From positions 2,728,001-2,792,000 of the forward strand of contig JBNJNM010000006.1 in the NCBI GenBank assembly GCA_052426225.1: a stretch of DNA of 64,000 bases, read 5' to 3'. The stretch is from Zancudomyces culisetae HAW-14-8 (Eukaryota; Fungi; Kickxellomycota). Shown here piece after piece: positions 24,811 through 37,421 of this stretch. Made by a program: the position numbers and the translations under genes. Within the stretch, counting starts at the first letter, position 1; each line of letters starts with the position of its first letter. The notes below the pieces were generated by a model. That model searched no databases. It was given only the letters and a program-made list of their open reading frames with translations, and was not told where the DNA came from.

Positions 24811-26245
24811 TGAGGTCTTAAACTTTCTGATGGGCGAACTGCTTCTGGAACTCATGGCTTGTTGATTGTGGAATTTGCGTGGACATGTGGAGACGGTGTG
24901 TATATCTCCACCACAGTAGAAACAGAGACGGTTATACATTCTGTTATCTCTTTCAAATTCGGAAACTCTTTTGATCCCCATTGAGTCCACGTCCATACGG
25001 GTTATTTCTCGGTTGGAGAAGTGAGAGGGCGGAATCCATGGTTTTATCTTGATTTTCTCTCTTTGCGCTGATAGATGCGGTTATCTATCCGGATACAGAG
25101 TGCGGCAAAATCTTCAAATCCTGGCGGGTGTGATTCTAGGGTCGATAGGGCGTCTTTGATTTCGTCGTTGAGACCCTCATAATAAGACATGAGCAGTGCA
25201 GGCTCATTATAGTCGGTCTCTAGGGCAATGGACTTGAACTGGTTCGTGAACGCTAGGCACCGTGATTTCCCCTGGCGGAGGTTGTTTAACTTGTTTTGGG
25301 CTACCCAAACCGCGTTTGGTTCCCCAAAGGTGCGGTCAAGCTGTGCCACAAAGTTATCGTACTGGAACAGGATCGGATGACGGGATTCTTGAAGGGTTCG
25401 GAACCAGGTCTGTGCCCCCTCGGTCAACAGCGTGCCTATGAACAGGACTTTTACGTGATCGGTCGGGAAACGGCTAGGCTGGAGCTTGAAGACTGTGGAA
25501 ACTGTGGATAAGAAGTTTTTTACATTGTCCTTTCTGGACCCTGAAAACTTCTCTGGTGATGGCACCTTGGGTTCTGGGATCAGTCCTCTTTGGACATTGG
25601 CGGACTGGCGGAGCGTGTCTACTTCTTCTGTGAGTCTGGCCATTTGGTTCATGAGAGTTTGAACCATCTCATTGGTTAAGATTGGTTCTTCGGACATGAT
25701 TCAAGAGAGAAAAATATTATGTTAAGACTTGAATATTTAAGATTAAATTATTTATTACTATTAATTATTTAGAAAAATATTGTATTCAATAGTGAATAAG
25801 ATATTTTTCTCTGAAGTTCTCTTTCGATGGATTTCGAAAGGGTTTTTATACTTTTACTCCAGAGATTTTTTCATATAAAATTTTCTTAAGTAAAGTTGCT
25901 ATCAAATTATAAATTTGACTATTAAACTTATGAGTAACTGATGTGATTAACTACCGTGAATTTAGTGTGTCAATGATTGCGTCATTCATGTTATTCTGAC
26001 GATTCTTTGAATTATTAGTTTCGGAATTCTTTCTAGGTTTCTTATTTCCTAAAATGGTCTGTGGATATTATTATAACAAATTTCATCGAGAAATTCATTT
26101 TTTCTTGACTTGGTTAGATTAATTTAATAATTTGTACTTAGTTACATTTAATTAATTTGTAGTAGTTACATTATAGTAATTTGTATATGGTTACAATTAT
26201 ATTTTGTAACCTTCTTGATTTGGTCATGGAGAATTATGTAAACAT
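24811..26245 (-). mobile_element. 5' portion of a chromovirus related to element 2 (5' LTR, PBS, gag)
   Basis: gag ORF 25044..25697 (PEKFSG, WFRTL, GLNDEIKD) continues after a frameshift to CFYCGGDIHTVSTC; LTR ends CTTAACA at 25720; outer LTR boundary approximate. Confidence 0.85.
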
Positions 26246-26273
26246 GAATTTATTTAATTTATTTTGAAACAAT

Positions 26274-28800
26274 TCATAAAAGTCTTCTTACAAATTCATA
26301 AAGAGTTGTTGCTTGCGCTACACACTCTTCACGGCTGCGAAAGCCTGCTTGTTCCTTTGCTAACAGCTTCACTCTGTTATCCTCCTTGTTGAGTCTTGTT
26401 GCAACTATCTTTGCAACAAGTTTAACCATGGATGGAATGAGTGAAATGCCCCGATAGTTGTTGGGGTCTGTGAGGTCCCCCTTTTTGGGCACCGATACTA
26501 CAATACTGGTGCTCCACCTCTTGGGTATCTCTTCCGTCTCAAAGATTCTTGTTACCATTCTAAATATTGCGACAGCTAGCGGCGAGGTTGGCTCTTCTTC
26601 CACTTGCACCAGCTTCCATATTTCGTTTGGGATCCCGTCTATCCCTGCTGCTTTGTTGTTTGGGGTATATTTTAGGACTTCCTTAATTTCATCCCACCTT
26701 ATTTCATCTGCACAGTCTTCTATATCCTGTAGTTGCTCAAATTCCATTTCCTCCCATTTTTTGGGTTTCTGCTATTGCCCGTGAGGTCTTTAGCAAGATC
26801 CCCGAAATGATCCGCTCAGATTCTTTTTTTGATTTCTTCCTCTGACCACCTCTCCTAGTTTATTTTGAATCGGTCCGCTACTAATACTGATTGATACCCT
26901 TCCATTCCTCGCTTTTATCCAGCTCCATAGTTGCTCGGTTTGTTCTGGGTTAGGTACATACTCGCTCTTTCTATATCCTTTATGTAAGCCTTCCGCATAT
27001 CTCTTTTTATTTTCTTGTTTCTTTCTCTTTTACACTAATAAACTTTTTCTCTACTGAATCATCATTCAAAAGTTTTTTATATAGTGCTCATCTTTTCTTG
27101 AATATCCTGATTGTGATTTATGATAATATTTTTGTTGTGTTTGCGGGTCTATTGCCCACTTCGTCGTATTCTTCGGCTGATTCTTTTACTGCTACTTCCA
27201 GTTCTTTGGCCATTATTTCCGTATCATCTAAGGCCATCAGCGCTGAAAACCGATTATTGGTTTTGTATTCTTCCGCGTTTTCTAGGATAGCCTTAATATT
27301 CATCTTACTCTTCTTTTTCTCAGCCTTTAACTGCTTCATTGACCACTTTGCCTGTACTGGCAAATGGTCTGATAAGTCGAGTGACTTGTCTACCTTGCAG
27401 CTTTCTGGTCTTTCTTGGAACCCTGAATAAAAGATGTGATCGATCATCCGGCCCATCTTTCTCCCTACTCTCCTTGTTCCTGTCGCATTAGTGATTATTG
27501 TCTGGTTAAATGATATACCAGTCTTTGTCATTAATGCAGTAGCTCCTCTCTTATCCATATTAAAGTCCCCTAGAACTACCGTTTTAATTTCTTTATTGTT
27601 ATTCTTTAGCTTTATGGTGTTCCACGAGTGTTCCCTTTGCTTGTTTTCTTCACAGCCCTGCTGATGGAATGTGTACGTTAATGACCACAGTCACCATCTT
27701 AGACCCATCTTCGTATATGCCTATGAATTTCCTATCATCCAGAATGGTGTCGATTTATATTTCTCTATACTGAGACCAGATTTATCTCTCACGGCTATCA
27801 GTAATCCATTTCCTCCTCTTTCCAGTTCAAATTTGGACTCAATAGACGTGTATCCTGCCAATTTGCATCTATAAGTTTTTTTACTTAGTAAAGTTTCTTG
27901 TAAAGCTAAGATATCTGGCCCTTCCTGAGCTATCACGTGCTCTAGTACCGCTTTAGATCCTTTAATACCTCGTATGTTGTATGTCCATATATTAATACTA
28001 TTATTTTTGTTTATTTTATGCTGTATGGGCTGGTATGTGGCCCCTCTTATGTTTTTTGGTCTCTCCAACCTTCCATTGCCCGAATGTCTTCATTAGTTTA
28101 CTTTTTTTTTTTCGCTGATCTCGTGATTTGCACCCTTTTTCTCGATTATCTCGTATCTTAACGCTTGTTGGATTGTTTATTTTTTTTTACTTAAGGTATC
28201 AGGATATTACCCCCCCTCATACCTAATTGCCAGTTTTATTGAGCTCATCAATGTTCCATAACAGGAGTTTTGTAACAGCCATAATGTTACATCTAATACC
28301 CATAATTTTATTTTACATTTCTTCTATATAATCATTTGTTTTAAGCATTGATGTAATTCTTAGAAATTACATTTTGTTTAACAATAAAACTCGTTCTGTG
28401 ACAAGTTTTTGCCTCCTGTTATCCATTTTTTCCGGTTGTCCTGTATATGTATTTAAGTTATATATGCACTCTAGTGACGCATTTTGGGGTCCCCAAGTGG
28501 TCATTTCTAGTACATTTGGTCCCCGCTGAGTCGAGATTTGGTGATTAGTCTTCCCTAATTTAATCCTCATTGCCGCTGAACTCAGCGACATGATTCAGTG
28601 CATCCTGAAAATCGCCATGAGTGTGGTCCTGGGCTGGAACCCCCACTTGACCACTTTTTTCCCGACTCGTTTCGGATTCTGAATCTTCATCCATCTCATG
28701 CCTTCGCTCGATATGTCTGAGCCAATACCTTAATGAGCCGGGTTTGGAGTTTTCTAGCTTTGTAATTGTATCAGCTTCCTTGGTCATAATTTTGGTGGAA
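26274..28800 (-). mobile_element. Degenerate LINE: ORF1 remnant, APE endonuclease and RT N-terminus
   Basis: WTYNIRG, ILALQET, GDFN, IDHIF, SDHLPV (APE); KAAGIDGI, PKKGD..PNNYRGISL, QAGFR (RT). Confidence 0.9.
28271..28403 (+). mobile_element. Solo short LTR (133 bp)
   Basis: TGTAACA...TGTGACA with perfect TSD AGTTT. Confidence 0.9.
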
Positions 28801-29039
28801 ATGTATTGATTTACAATTAATTTTTTGTTTTTATATTAATACAATACAAATAAATGTATTTATTGTATTTGAATACGGTAATATAATTTAGAAATATATA
28901 TTTTTAAAATTAAAAATACTTTATATCACAGATTTGAAATTACTTATAATTATGTAGGGGAAGCATTTATACTTTAAAATATTTTAATAGCAAATCACAA
29001 GGATATTAACAATCTAATATATTTGAGAAAGTGTGAATA

Positions 29040-29200
29040 ATATTTCCATTTTACACATATTAAATAAGGAAATTCAAATTCATGGAGGATCTAAACTACT
29101 ATAAAATTAAAGGATTAGAAAGAATTAAAGCTATAATTTCAGATGGTGCTCCAACTATGTACCTAAGCTACGATGGACACTATGTACAATTGTAAGTTTA
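29040..29200 (+). pseudogene. Possible hAT transposase fossil
   Basis: IKAIISDGAPTM resembles the hAT (T/S)DGAP.M motif; single motif only. Confidence 0.3.
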
Positions 29201-29206
29201 TGTATC

Positions 29207-29345
29207 TGTCTCATAACGAGTTTATTGAATAAACAGTTTGTAATTCTTAGGGAATTACAACAAAGCATAAACCAATTGATTATATAGGTGATAAAATATA
29301 TAATTTAATTATGTGTAATATGTTGAAATATTAATTGTTGTTACA
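29207..29345 (-). mobile_element. Solo short LTR (139 bp)
   Basis: Reverse-complement match to the family; perfect TSD GTATC. Confidence 0.88.
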
Positions 29346-30545
29346 GTATCAATTAGTTTTATGGATTTAGTTAGTAATATATAATAGTAATTTAATTGAC
29401 AACTTAATGATAAATTAAATTTTATAATTTTATTAATATTGTAATAATTTTAATCCATAAAGATTACCAGTAATACTAAAGATAACACAGAAAAGTAGTA
29501 TACTTGGTAGATTCAACAACTTGATTGTCAAAACTTCCAACTTGATAGAATCATATGATTAATACAAAAATTTTAATTGAATGATCAGATGTATCATTAA
29601 TTATATCAATTATTCAGATCCAAGCAAAGTTTAAGCCTTGTTAATTTATTTATAATAGTTTATTGTTTCAAGTGTATTTAATAAGTAAATTTTATAATTA
29701 ACTGGTCAGATAATAATGAAATTTCAACAATAATATATATCATTAAAACTTTTATTTTAGAATTGTACAAGTCTTCAACTGTTCAAAAAAATTCATTTGA
29801 AAAAATAACATAGATCATTTCAGTTTAGCTGAACTTTTGTTACGTATCTGCTAATATAGATTCTGCTATACTAATTGGTATTAATGTAAAATAGATGATA
29901 TAATACTTGTTAATCATAACATACATTCTCTTAAAAATTGTATCAGTATTTATTTATATTTAAAAAAAATAACTGATTTTCATCAACTCACTTTCTTGAG
30001 TTTTTGATCTATTAAACTAATCTACAAAACTTTATACACAACATATATATTTCTAATATAATTAACTAACAAGTCATTATAGATGGATGCAATTCAATAG
30101 ATTAGAGTCGATAGTATTAGTTAAGTTTCTCGATGTAAATTGTGTAATCAATTATAAATTTTTATCATATCTTCAATATTAGATTTATAGACTATATATT
30201 ATCATTTACTGAATAATCATAAATTGATTGTCCACCATACAATATTAATTATCGAGGTTGATATTTTAAACTGTCTAGACTTTGTTGAAAAAAGCTAAAT
30301 TTTTACTGTAAGAACGAATAATCTTGGATTATATAGTTGTATTTTGTAACTTCATAGATTTTTTGTTTTAGTTTTTGATTTAGTTATATTGTTAAAATGT
30401 TAAAAGAGATTTTGTAATTTTTTTGAATTTATATCTGAATTCTAAATTTTTAGTAAAATTTTTTTATTAAAATAACAAATTTACTTTCTATTGGATATTT
30501 CAATTTCTTTTTTGATTCATTCAATACTGCTATACAAATTAAAAT

Positions 30546-32753
30546 ATGAACTCCAATCTACGATTATATATATATCTCATTATATTCAGGTCGATAAATG
30601 TAGCATTAATCAAAACAATTCACCATCCTGATGAAGCTTGGCAAAGCCTAGAAGTTGGACATAGGCTGGCTTATGGTTATGGCTATCTGACTTGGGAATG
30701 GAGAGAAAAAATCCGAGGTTGGGCATATCCTCTACTTTTTGCTTCACTTTACCGAATTTCAGCTTTTTTTGGATTGGATAACCAACTACTTGTAAATAAC
30801 TTTATTTATCTCTAGTTTTTATAATTGTATTTAGATATTAATACTAAATTAATCGTCTTTAGTTTTTAGGTCCCTGGATTCTTGTTATCCTAATCTCAGC
30901 ATCTATAGACTACTATACATTTAAATTTGCTGTAAAATTTGGTGATAATCGTATTGGTGAATGGACAGTAAGTTTCACTTTCTTTCTTTTTAATTTGTCA
31001 TAATCTATTTCTCTGGATAATTTATTTTAATTATTTCACACATGATTACCTATTAGTTGTTATGTTCGATTATATCTTGGATGTCTTTTTCTGGAATTCC
31101 TCGACCGCTTAGCAATTCTATAGAAACTATGTTCGCTGCTCTGGCTTATTCATATTGGCCTTGGGCGAAGAATTCTAATGAATTATCTTTGAGAGAATTT
31201 TCGCATAATCTGAAGCTCTCATTGATCTTTGCTGGAATTGGTTGTATTTTTAGGCCAACTAATGGAGTAATATGGGCTATAGCTGGAGTTGGGCTTTTGC
31301 TTCGAATTAATACCAGATTGAAACTTCACACCCTTATAAGCGCCTGTGTAGTTGGGTAAGACTCTATTTATATTTTCCTTAATATTTTGCAATTTTTTAT
31401 AATTCAAAAACTATATTAATCACTTTTAAATTTTCAACATTAGGACGATATTAATCACAGTCATGTTTGTAGTAGATAGGATTGGTTATGGAGAGTGGTG
31501 TTTTCCTGTGTACAACTTCTACAAATTCAATTTGCAAGAAAACTTGGCAGTGTGGTTTGGAGAGTCATCTGGCTTGTTCCATATTTTTGTCAGTGTTCCA
31601 GTATTATTTACCACTCTATTACCATTAATAGCCCTTGGAATATATTGCGAGTTACTTCCCTCGTTCAGCCTTCAAAAATCTAACAGAATTGGATCATCTT
31701 TGATATCACGGGCATGCTCCATCGCCTCAGCGGTTGAACCTGCATTGGTTGCATTGGGTACAATAATCGTATATTCATTTGCAGGACACAAAGAACCTCG
31801 GTTTCTATTTCCTCTTTTGCCCATAGGCTTTGTGTATTCAGGAATCGGTCTAAACACTCTCTATGGCTCTTCTGGGTTTTTCAAATTGCTTGGTCTTTTG
31901 AACATTGATGAATCATCCAATTATTCTGATTTCAAATTAAAGAATAATAACCTGCTATCATCCGTAAAGTACGATTCCCACCCGAATCCCAGATCAAGAA
32001 ATCAAAAATATTCATCCAACAACAAACTTCTAGCCTTTCTTTCACAATTGACTTTTCCCAGCAAAAAACTGTTGCTGACTTTTCTTGTTATTACCAACAT
32101 TCCAATAGCTCTTTACTCCAATCTATTCCATAAAGCAGGCTCAGTGAGCGTGATGAAATTTCTCAGGCGTGAGGCTCAAAATGGAAACGTTTCAGACATT
32201 GGCTTTCTAATGCCATGCCACAACACTCCTTTCTACAGTCATATTCATACTTCCGTTTACATGTGGTTTTTGACCTGCGACCCGCCTCTTAAAAAATCTG
32301 AGCTTGAATCTCATTACTGGGAGGCTCAGGACTTTGAAACGGACCCTATTATGTTTCTGAACAAAAACATGTTTGAAAAGCCTCCCCCTTCTGAACTCGA
32401 AAAACTGGCTATGGTTCGTGACCCTTATTCAAATGTTTTACATTATCCTGTCATAACCCCATTCGATACCCCTCCACACACCTCTGTAAATGGCAGTTTC
32501 AAGTACTGGCCTAGCCATCTTGTGATGTTTGGTGCTATGGAAGCTAGAATATCCGGCTATTTGATTAAACGAGATTACAAAAAGGTAACTTTTTCTTTTT
32601 TTATGGCAATTTTATATAACACCCCTTCGTTTTATATGGTTTATTTAACTGATTTTTATTTTTGACATTAAATAGTGCGCAAGCTTTTTCAACACTATTT
32701 GGGATTCTGATCAAAGGATTAAAGGAGATGTTGTTGTTTACTGTAAAGTCTAA
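30546..32753 (+). CDS. GPI10: GPI mannosyltransferase 3 (PIG-B/Gpi10), about 5 exons
   Basis: PDEAWQSLEVGH, TWEW, SNSIET, HKEPRF, LMPCHNTP, FLTCDPP; GT-AG introns ~30792-30861, 30968-31056, 31356-31444, 32585-32675. Confidence 0.93.
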
Positions 32754-33036
32754 ATGCGCCAATATGGCTTTTTAGTATTGTTTTTTGTTTAGTTTTCGAG
32801 TTATTCTTTAGTCCGCTATTCACATGACATGTAAACTATTTTTATTATCACTTTTGATTTTTCACTCTCATTTGCTGATTTCATTTTCGATTTATCTATT
32901 TTGATAATAAATTTCAACAACTTTAGTTAAAAATTTTTTATCATTGTAGCTATACATTACTTATAAATATTAAATATCAAAACACTTGAATCAATACCAG
33001 ACTTTGATATAATCTGTTGGTAATATATATCTAATA

Positions 33037-34173
33037 ATGCTGAGTATTCAAAGATTCAATAAATTAGCCACAAGGTTGGCTAACCTGAATACACTAGTCT
33101 ACAAAAACAGCATCTCGGTCACGGAAATCACGAAAAATGTTAAATTTCAACAGCGATTCATGTCGGTTACAAAAGACGATGGTCAGTTCAAAACATGGAA
33201 ACCCGTCACCCCTGGTGTACGCCACAAAAAAATGGCATCTCGCGCTCATCTTTGGAAAGGAAAACCAATTCGTACTCTTACAGTTGCCAAACGAAGAACT
33301 GGTGGTAGAAACAACACTGGGAGAATCACTGTCAGGCATAGGGGTGGAGGTGCCAAGCGACGTATCAGACTTTTAGACTTTTTCCGAAAAGATCAAGGAA
33401 TTCAAGAAGTAGTCCGATTGGAATATGATCCTGGACGCACAGCACACATCGCATTACTCAAACATTTGGAAACCAAAAAGTTTTCATATATACTCGCACC
33501 GGAGGGGCTCAAGCCTGGTATGACCGTACAATCATATATGTATCTAAGCAACTCTGTCAGCAATGGCAAAAACAAAAAAAACCGTAGTGTATCCAGAAAA
33601 TCAGATTCCAACCAAAACTCGGCAATTCCAAATACATCACTGAATTCTAATGAGCTACAAGAAGATGATAGCGTCGAAAGAATGCGTGAACTTAGCAACC
33701 TTACTAGATCTATCAAGGTTGAGGTTGGAAATTGCCTCCCCCTAAAACTGATTCCCCCAGGCTCAACCATACACAGCATAGGTTTACATCCCGGTGATCG
33801 TGCTCGTCTTTGCCGTTCAGCAGGTGCCAGTGCTCAGCTTTTATACACTGCCCAACACGGTACAGCTCAAATCAAGCTATCCAGTGGTGAGGTTCGACGT
33901 ATCCCAGTCGACTGCTGTGCCACAATTGGAACTGTTAGCAATTCGAACCACAAATACGAAGTAATAGGTACTGCTGGTGCCAATAGGCGTCGTGGATGGC
34001 GTCCTACTGTCAGAGGTACTGCTATGAACAAGCATGATCATCCTAATGGTGGTGGTCGTGGTAAGAGTAGAGGTGGAAGACAGCCCACAAGTCCTTGGGG
34101 CAAGTTGGCCAAGGGCGGTAAAACAAGATACAAGCTCAACCCGCTGGTCATTCGCCACAGAAATAGAAAATAA
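33037..34173 (+). CDS. RML2: Mitochondrial ribosomal protein uL2m
   Basis: GGRNNTGRITVRHRGGG, EYDPGRTAHIAL, RPTVRGTAMN..DHPNGGG; N-terminal presequence. Confidence 0.96.
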   Translation: MLSIQRFNKLATRLANLNTLVYKNSISVTEITKNVKFQQRFMSVTKDDGQFKTWKPVTPGVRHKKMASRAHLWKGKPIRTLTVAKRRTGGRNNTGRITVRHRGGGAKRRIRLLDFFRKDQGIQEVVRLEYDPGRTAHIALLKHLETKKFSYILAPEGLKPGMTVQSYMYLSNSVSNGKNKKNRSVSRKSDSNQNSAIPNTSLNSNELQEDDSVERMRELSNLTRSIKVEVGNCLPLKLIPPGSTIHSIGLHPGDRARLCRSAGASAQLLYTAQHGTAQIKLSSGEVRRIPVDCCATIGTVSNSNHKYEVIGTAGANRRRGWRPTVRGTAMNKHDHPNGGGRGKSRGGRQPTSPWGKLAKGGKTRYKLNPLVIRHRNRK

Positions 34174-35230
34174 TAACCTATTTATTTTTTTCCATTCTTT
34201 ATTTTATTACCTTGTCGATTCATTTTTTATTGCTTTTATTTCTTTAGCACAATAAAATTATATTAATGTAAACTAATACTATTTAATGACTATTTGGTCT
34301 TGTCCGATTTTCACATTATTCACTGTGTAGAGACTGCGCTGCAGTGATTGCAAGGATTGTCTTAGATGACAACGAACTTTAGACTAAATTTTAGAAACGG
34401 CGAGACTAAATGGCCGTTTAACCTAAAATAGGATATAACTACATGAAAGCATAATTATTTATTTGTTTTTATTTAATGGGATATCTTTTAAACTGGGTGT
34501 GATATAAAATATCGAGTTTTTTGGTTAAATCTGGTAAAACAACTCGCTTTCGTCATTAATATTTTAACAGTTTGGTATCCTAAATTTTAAATGCCTATAC
34601 AATTATTAATTTTAATATTGGTGTATATCAAAAATAAATTCAAGTTTCTGGTTTTGCATTTATTATTTACAGTTTGATCATAATAGTTAAACTTTACTGT
34701 TTATATATAGGGTAGGTAGTTCCTTGAGAAACATTAAAAAATCCTTTATAATTACATAGTCACAAACTAATCATTTCTCATTAATAAGAGTTTTAGAAGG
34801 ATCTGTACATCATATTTTAGACTACAAGTTCTAGTTTCTAACTATTCTTATATTTAGTTAACTTTTTAATAACTATAATATTGACACATTAAAATTTATT
34901 CATAGAGCCATTAAGACCAAATCTAACTTGACACTGGTTCTAGAGGAATTATGATACTTGGATTAAACATGTTTTAAATATAATTGTGAGTGCAATGTTG
35001 CTGTATTTAACTCATGCGCCTTTTTTTCATTCCTGTACTATTTTATAATAATCACTTTGAGTTATTACATTTCGTGATATCCATACAGTTTGTAAAAAAA
35101 AAAGTAAAATATATATATTGCCACTCTTCTTCAGCACTATGGGGTAGGAAGAGGATTATATTTGTAATTTCCGTTTCCACAACCTGCATCAATTTATAAA
35201 ACGCTAAATCAGTAAAGCTAGAATATAAAA

Positions 35231-35782
35231 ATGATAGTCAATACATCGACTTTGGCATGCATACTCGTTACACTGGCGTTATCATATTGTCAAAGCCAAC
35301 GCGAAACTCTTGAAGAAACTCCAGGCGAGAAATGCGTAAGAGATCAGTGTGGTGGAAATGCTGTAAACGTAAAATGCATTGCTTCCTGCTATGGTGTACC
35401 CAGCCCAAACGAAACAATGGTTAACCAAACCAACAGTTGTTATGTTGATTGCATCGCAAAACGCTTAACCACTGATGAATATACACTTTGTGTCGACTAT
35501 TGTGTGAAAAACTTTTACAAACCATCAACCTATATTGAACCTGATATGAATTCAATATTATCCTCAAAACAAAAAAATGATGATGATTCTAATTCAAGTA
35601 ATCAACAATCCAATGAAAAGAACAAATCGGTAAACAAAAATGCCACTCTTGACAATTATAAACAAAATAAACAGCCCAAAAGCCAAGAAATCCTATCGGA
35701 TTCCAATGCTGCCCTTTGTCGTTCAAACTTTACCCTTGCACTTCTTGGACTTGCTATTTTATTCCAGTCCCTTATAGCTTAA
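35231..35782 (+). CDS. Secreted Cys-rich, probably GPI-anchored surface protein
   Basis: Signal peptide, four CxxxC pairs, S/N-rich stalk, hydrophobic C-terminal tail. Confidence 0.7.
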   Translation: MIVNTSTLACILVTLALSYCQSQRETLEETPGEKCVRDQCGGNAVNVKCIASCYGVPSPNETMVNQTNSCYVDCIAKRLTTDEYTLCVDYCVKNFYKPSTYIEPDMNSILSSKQKNDDDSNSSNQQSNEKNKSVNKNATLDNYKQNKQPKSQEILSDSNAALCRSNFTLALLGLAILFQSLIA

Positions 35783-35956
35783 ATCTTTACTAAGAATTTC
35801 TCATTTACTTTTCATTCGTGATCTCCACAGATATGGTTGATATTTAACATTTGCATTGTTAATAGTTACAACATTTCGTGTAAAAAAGTAGTATTTGAAT
35901 AATTTACATAAACTAAAGTTATAATATACAAAGGTATTGTGATAAGCTGTACTATG

Positions 35957-37421
35957 CTAAATAATTCCATCTAGCCAATCTGTAACATCCTGCATCGAAG
36001 ATTTGCCCATTTTACTCGGTGCATTGGATGACTTTCTAACGTTTCCATCGTTATTGCTGATTTCAGCTTTAAATAGCTTATTTGCCATTGGAGTAGTATT
36101 GGTAATGTCTTGGTTTTTAATTTTACCCTTGGGAGAGTTGTCGAGAGTTTTAGCTATTGGCATAGTTTAATTATTTAATACCTTTCTTCACAACTGAATT
36201 AAAACTAAAATTGACATACCTTTAACTTTGAGATTTAGTTTTTTCAACTCTTTTCCACTATCTGTATAAAAAAATTTAGAAATTGAAGCGTTAGAAAGGA
36301 GTTAGAATATGTTGGATAATATAAATACCTTTATTTGCGCTGACAGTCTCCTCAACATACGCTTCATTTTTTGGTATACATTTGACCTGGTTACCCTATT
36401 ATTGACAGAATTAGAATTAGTATATACAAATTTTCAGCTCATTGAATTATACAAATACCAACAACCCGAGTATTATATGACCACACGCTTACATGGTATC
36501 CCAAATCACCAAAACTGAATGGTAATAGTGCATAGCTTTCAATCGGCACATTATCCTTACTAACAAGCTCTAGCTCAGGAACTTGAAAAAATGCATCATA
36601 TGTATCCTATTTGTATTGAAAGTAGCAGTGTATATACCCAATATATCTTAATTTTTTCTAAAAAGTATGTGTTTGAGTAAAATAGAGTGCTTACATCTAC
36701 AATATTGGAATCCCCTAAGCTCGACGTTCTCGTTTCTGGAACCATAAATGATCCCTGTGATTGAAGAGACTCTAAATAAACATAATTTCGATTTGTTCTG
36801 AATAAAATTCTTGAAAGCTTTGTAATCCATTCTATATTTATATCTATTAACAAGTAATATTATCTCATCGTACCATTCTTTTTTTCGTCAAAGTACTTTA
36901 GTAAAGCAGAAACTTCTGCATTGATTTCGTCTATTTGTTACATGTTTTTTCAAATTAAGATGTTTTTTTTTATGTATTCTAAAAAATAAACATTTTAACC
37001 TTAAAAGTAGCTTTAAAAATATAGCAATACTGATTTTTAAAATATACCTTCAGATTCCTCCTCTTGTTCCAAGTATCTCCATGAATTGTCGACGATTTCT
37101 CGCTTTCTATAACCTAAAATTAAAAATATTTTTTCAATCAAATATCTGATACCATCACCAAACAAAAAGATAAATGTACTTGCTTTTTGGAATGCCTATT
37201 TGATTTCCAGGCCCAGCCTTAGAAACTCCTAGCTTATTTGTAGAGGGTTTGGATTCAGATCTTTCCACTTGAGGGCTGGGAGTATCCTTTATTTTCGAAC
37301 TGTTTTTTTCCTTTTGCGAATTATTTTTTATGGGTTTGGGGTTCGAATCGGCATCTTTCGATTCAGGATTGTTTTTTTTATAGTTTCTGCTCGCCTTTTG
37401 TTTATATGGATCTGGTCTCAT
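35957..37421 (-). CDS. Aven-like protein (multi-exon)
   Basis: Exon YRKREIVDNSWRY and C-terminal DVTDWLDGII resemble conserved Aven motifs; splice sites present; internal exon structure not fully resolved. Confidence 0.55.
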
